The position numbers and the translations under genes were made by a program. A stretch of DNA of 64,000 bases from Octopus sinensis. Its lineage: Eukaryota. Positions 61,384-64,000 of this stretch are shown piece by piece; within the stretch, counting starts at the first letter, position 1; every line of letters starts with the position of its first letter. Under the pieces are notes generated by a model. That model did not search any database. It worked only from the letters and a program-made list of their open reading frames with translations, and had not been told where the DNA came from. The stretch lies in the NCBI RefSeq assembly GCF_006345805.1, contig NC_043000.1, positions 159,216,001-159,280,000 on the forward strand, given 5' to 3'.

Positions 61384-61826
61384 AAGGCGGCGAGCTGGCA
61401 GAATCGTTAGCAAGTCGGACTAAATGCTTAGCGGCATTTCGTCTCTTTTCATGTTCTCAGTTCAAATTCCGCTGAAGTCAGCTTTACTTTTTATCCTTTC
61501 GGAGTCGATAAATTAAGTACTAGTGAAACACTGGTACTACTTAAAAAGAGTGGTCTTGGTGCGCGCACTCACGTACTCGCGCATCCGCGCTATCTAGTCG
61601 TGACTAGTCGATCCTTACTTTGAGTTTTTGTGTTTTATTTACCTTGTTAGGTAGTCGTTGTAAGATCGACTAGTCACGACTAGCTAGCGCGGATGTGCGA
61701 GTACGCGAGTGCGCGCATCGGGACCACTCTTCTTAAGTAGTACCTGAAACACTGGGGTCGATGTAATCGAATTTCCCGTCTCCCGAAATTTCTGGCCTTG
61801 TGCCAAGAATTGAAATCATTATATTA
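61384..61826 (+). mobile_element. Older SINE family A split by a MITE insertion
   Basis: Head at 61384; the body resumes as tgaaacactggggtcgatgtaatcg after 61744. Confidence 0.85.
61533..61744. mobile_element. MITE with 81-bp TIRs and a 9-bp TSD (Mutator/MULE-like)
   Basis: Arms at 61533-61613 and 61664-61744 (74/81 complementary), starting GG; TSD tgaaacact at 61524-61532 and 61745-61753. Confidence 0.88.
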
Positions 61827-62169
61827 TCGATAAAATTTGTCATTGCAGTATCCTTTTGTTTCGAAATTCTTGAAGAGCGAAGTAATTCACAAGTCTTAAA
61901 ACAAAGCAGTAGAAGAGTGGTTATGAAGACAGGGTACGAACTCGACTTTAATGTTCTATATTAACTGAAAGACTAAATGAATAAACGGCGCATTACGGTG
62001 ACTGAATTTTAGAGCAATCATTATGAAAGTTTAGAATTCCTTTTCAGCAATTATGTTTGTAAATTCATATTTTCATAGTTAGAAAAAATACCATTAAATA
62101 CAGAGCCCGTTAAAAGAGTTATAATTATGCAATTAAGAACATTTATTTCACATACAACATACGTCAAAA

Positions 62170-62585
62170 CTTTTACTCACTTTTACTCTTTTACTTGTTT
62201 CAGCCATTTGACTGCGGCCATGCTGGAGCACCGCCTTTGGTCGAGCAAATCGACCCCGGGACTTATTCTTTGTAAGCCCAGTACTTATTCTATCGGTCTG
62301 TTTTGCCGAACCGCTAAGTGACGGGGACATAGACACACCAGCACCGGTTGTCAAGCAATGCTAGAGGAACAAACACAGACACACAAACATATATACACAC
62401 ATATATATATATACATATATACGACAGGCTTCTTTCAGTTTCCGTCTACCAAATCCACTCACAAGGCTTTGGTTGGCCCGAGGCTATAGCAGAAGACACT
62501 TGCCCAAGATGCCACGCAGTGGGACTGAACCCGGACCCATGTGGTTGGTTAGCAAGCTACTTACCACACAGCCACTCCTGCGCCT
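62170..62585 (-). mobile_element. CORE-type SINE family B
   Basis: Full-length match, followed by a (TA)n tract at 62586-62738. Confidence 0.9.
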
Positions 62586-62589
62586 ATAT

Positions 62590-62681
<92 letters not shown>

Positions 62682-62704
62682 ATATAATATATATATATAT
62701 AATA

Positions 62705-62743
<39 letters not shown>

Positions 62744-63173
62744 TAGTCTTGCTAGGATGATTGTTTTGAGCAAAATCCTTAGTTTGGTAGCAATATATCA
62801 TTAGGAGTCAACTTGTTGCAATTTCTAGCTTCTTAGTATTTATCAGCTGGGCCCGAATTAAGCCCCATAGAGGCCCTAAGCACTTACACGATTCTGGTGC
62901 CTTCATATACATGTGTGTGTGAATCAAAATATAAACAATAATAAAGCATAAAATAAGATTATTTTTATCAAAGTGAAACAAAACTAACGGTAAGATGGAA
63001 AATAAGCTTTACTTTTGTAAACTTCCACTTCATATATATTTGAAAAGTTTTCTCCTACTTTAAATTTTTTTTTTATAATGACAATGTCTTTGATCAGATC
63101 CTCACTATAACACCGTGAACACTTTGAAATTAGTTTTGCGATTATATAAACCACTTCGAATATTATGTCAACA

Positions 63174-63560
63174 GAAGTGGCTGTGTGGTAAGTAGCTTGC
63201 TTACCAACCACATGGTTCCAGGTTCAGTTCCACTGCTTGGCACCTTGGGCAAGTGTCTTTTCTATAGCCTCAATCCAACCAAAGCCTTGTGAGCGGACTT
63301 GGTAGACGGAAACTGAAAGAAGCCCGTCGCATATATGTATATATATATATGTGTGTATATATGTTTGTGTGTCTCTGTTTGTCCCCCTCAACATCGCTTG
63401 ACAACCGATGTTTACGTCCCCGTAACTTAGCGGTTCGGCAAAAGAGACCGATAGAATGAGTATTAGGCTTACAAAGGATAAGTCCTGGGGTCGATTTGTT
63501 CGACTAAAGGCGGTGCTCCAGCATGACCACAGTCAAATGACTGAAACAAGTAAAAGAGTA
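63174..63560 (+). mobile_element. CORE-type SINE family B
   Basis: Full-length match. Confidence 0.88.
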
Positions 63561-64000
63561 AGTTTGTGCCCATTTACCATTTCCGTGGCCCCCCCTCCTC
63601 CCACCTCCCTTGATGCTCTAAGCATGGAGCTATTTTGCTTAATGATTAATCCAGCGCTGCTCATCAGATCATAGTATATTTGATAATACGATATGATGTC
63701 ATAACAAAAGCACTGTGCAATAGAAATAGTTTGAAAAGTGCATTTGTACGATGTTATCGTCTTGTAGTTTACATGCGCATTATAAATCTGTTGAATGTTC
63801 TCATTAAAGCAGCGAAGAATGCAGAAAAAGGAAATCAACGAAATAACCAGCTGTTAAAAAAAACAACATTAATTAGATTAACACTAGTATTTTTAATATA
63901 TGGAGCATCAAAAGTTGACTATAAATAATTATGCACTGAAGAAAAAATAAGAACAATATTAATTAACTAATATTATTTTATTTCGGCAAATATATTTTCT

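Overview
AT-rich, microsatellite-dense eukaryotic genomic DNA. The repeat families, the (TA)n/(TACA)n load and the multi-finger C2H2 gene point to a coleoid cephalopod, probably Octopus (inference). The only clear host gene is a C2H2 zinc-finger gene on the + strand (14-finger coding exon, ~42471-43710). It sits in a CpG-depleted domain of about 31.7-46.0 kb that looks like a methylated gene body. The rest is mostly transposable-element material: several tRNA-derived SINE families, a young 5'-truncated RTE LINE with an open RT frame, and fragments of R4/Dong-like, CR1/Jockey-like and Penelope-like retroelements. There are also Tc1/mariner and pogo remnants, non-autonomous Helitrons and a MULE-like MITE. 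Best leads: (1) an intact type I hammerhead ribozyme inside a 330-bp direct-repeat-bounded unit at 17957-18346 (retrozyme-like); (2) an ORF1-only, HAL1-like retroelement whose 3' tail matches the main SINE; (3) SINE multimers enclosed by single target-site duplications. Most ORFs in the supplied track are microsatellite or SINE translation artefacts. All calls are by eye, without database searches.
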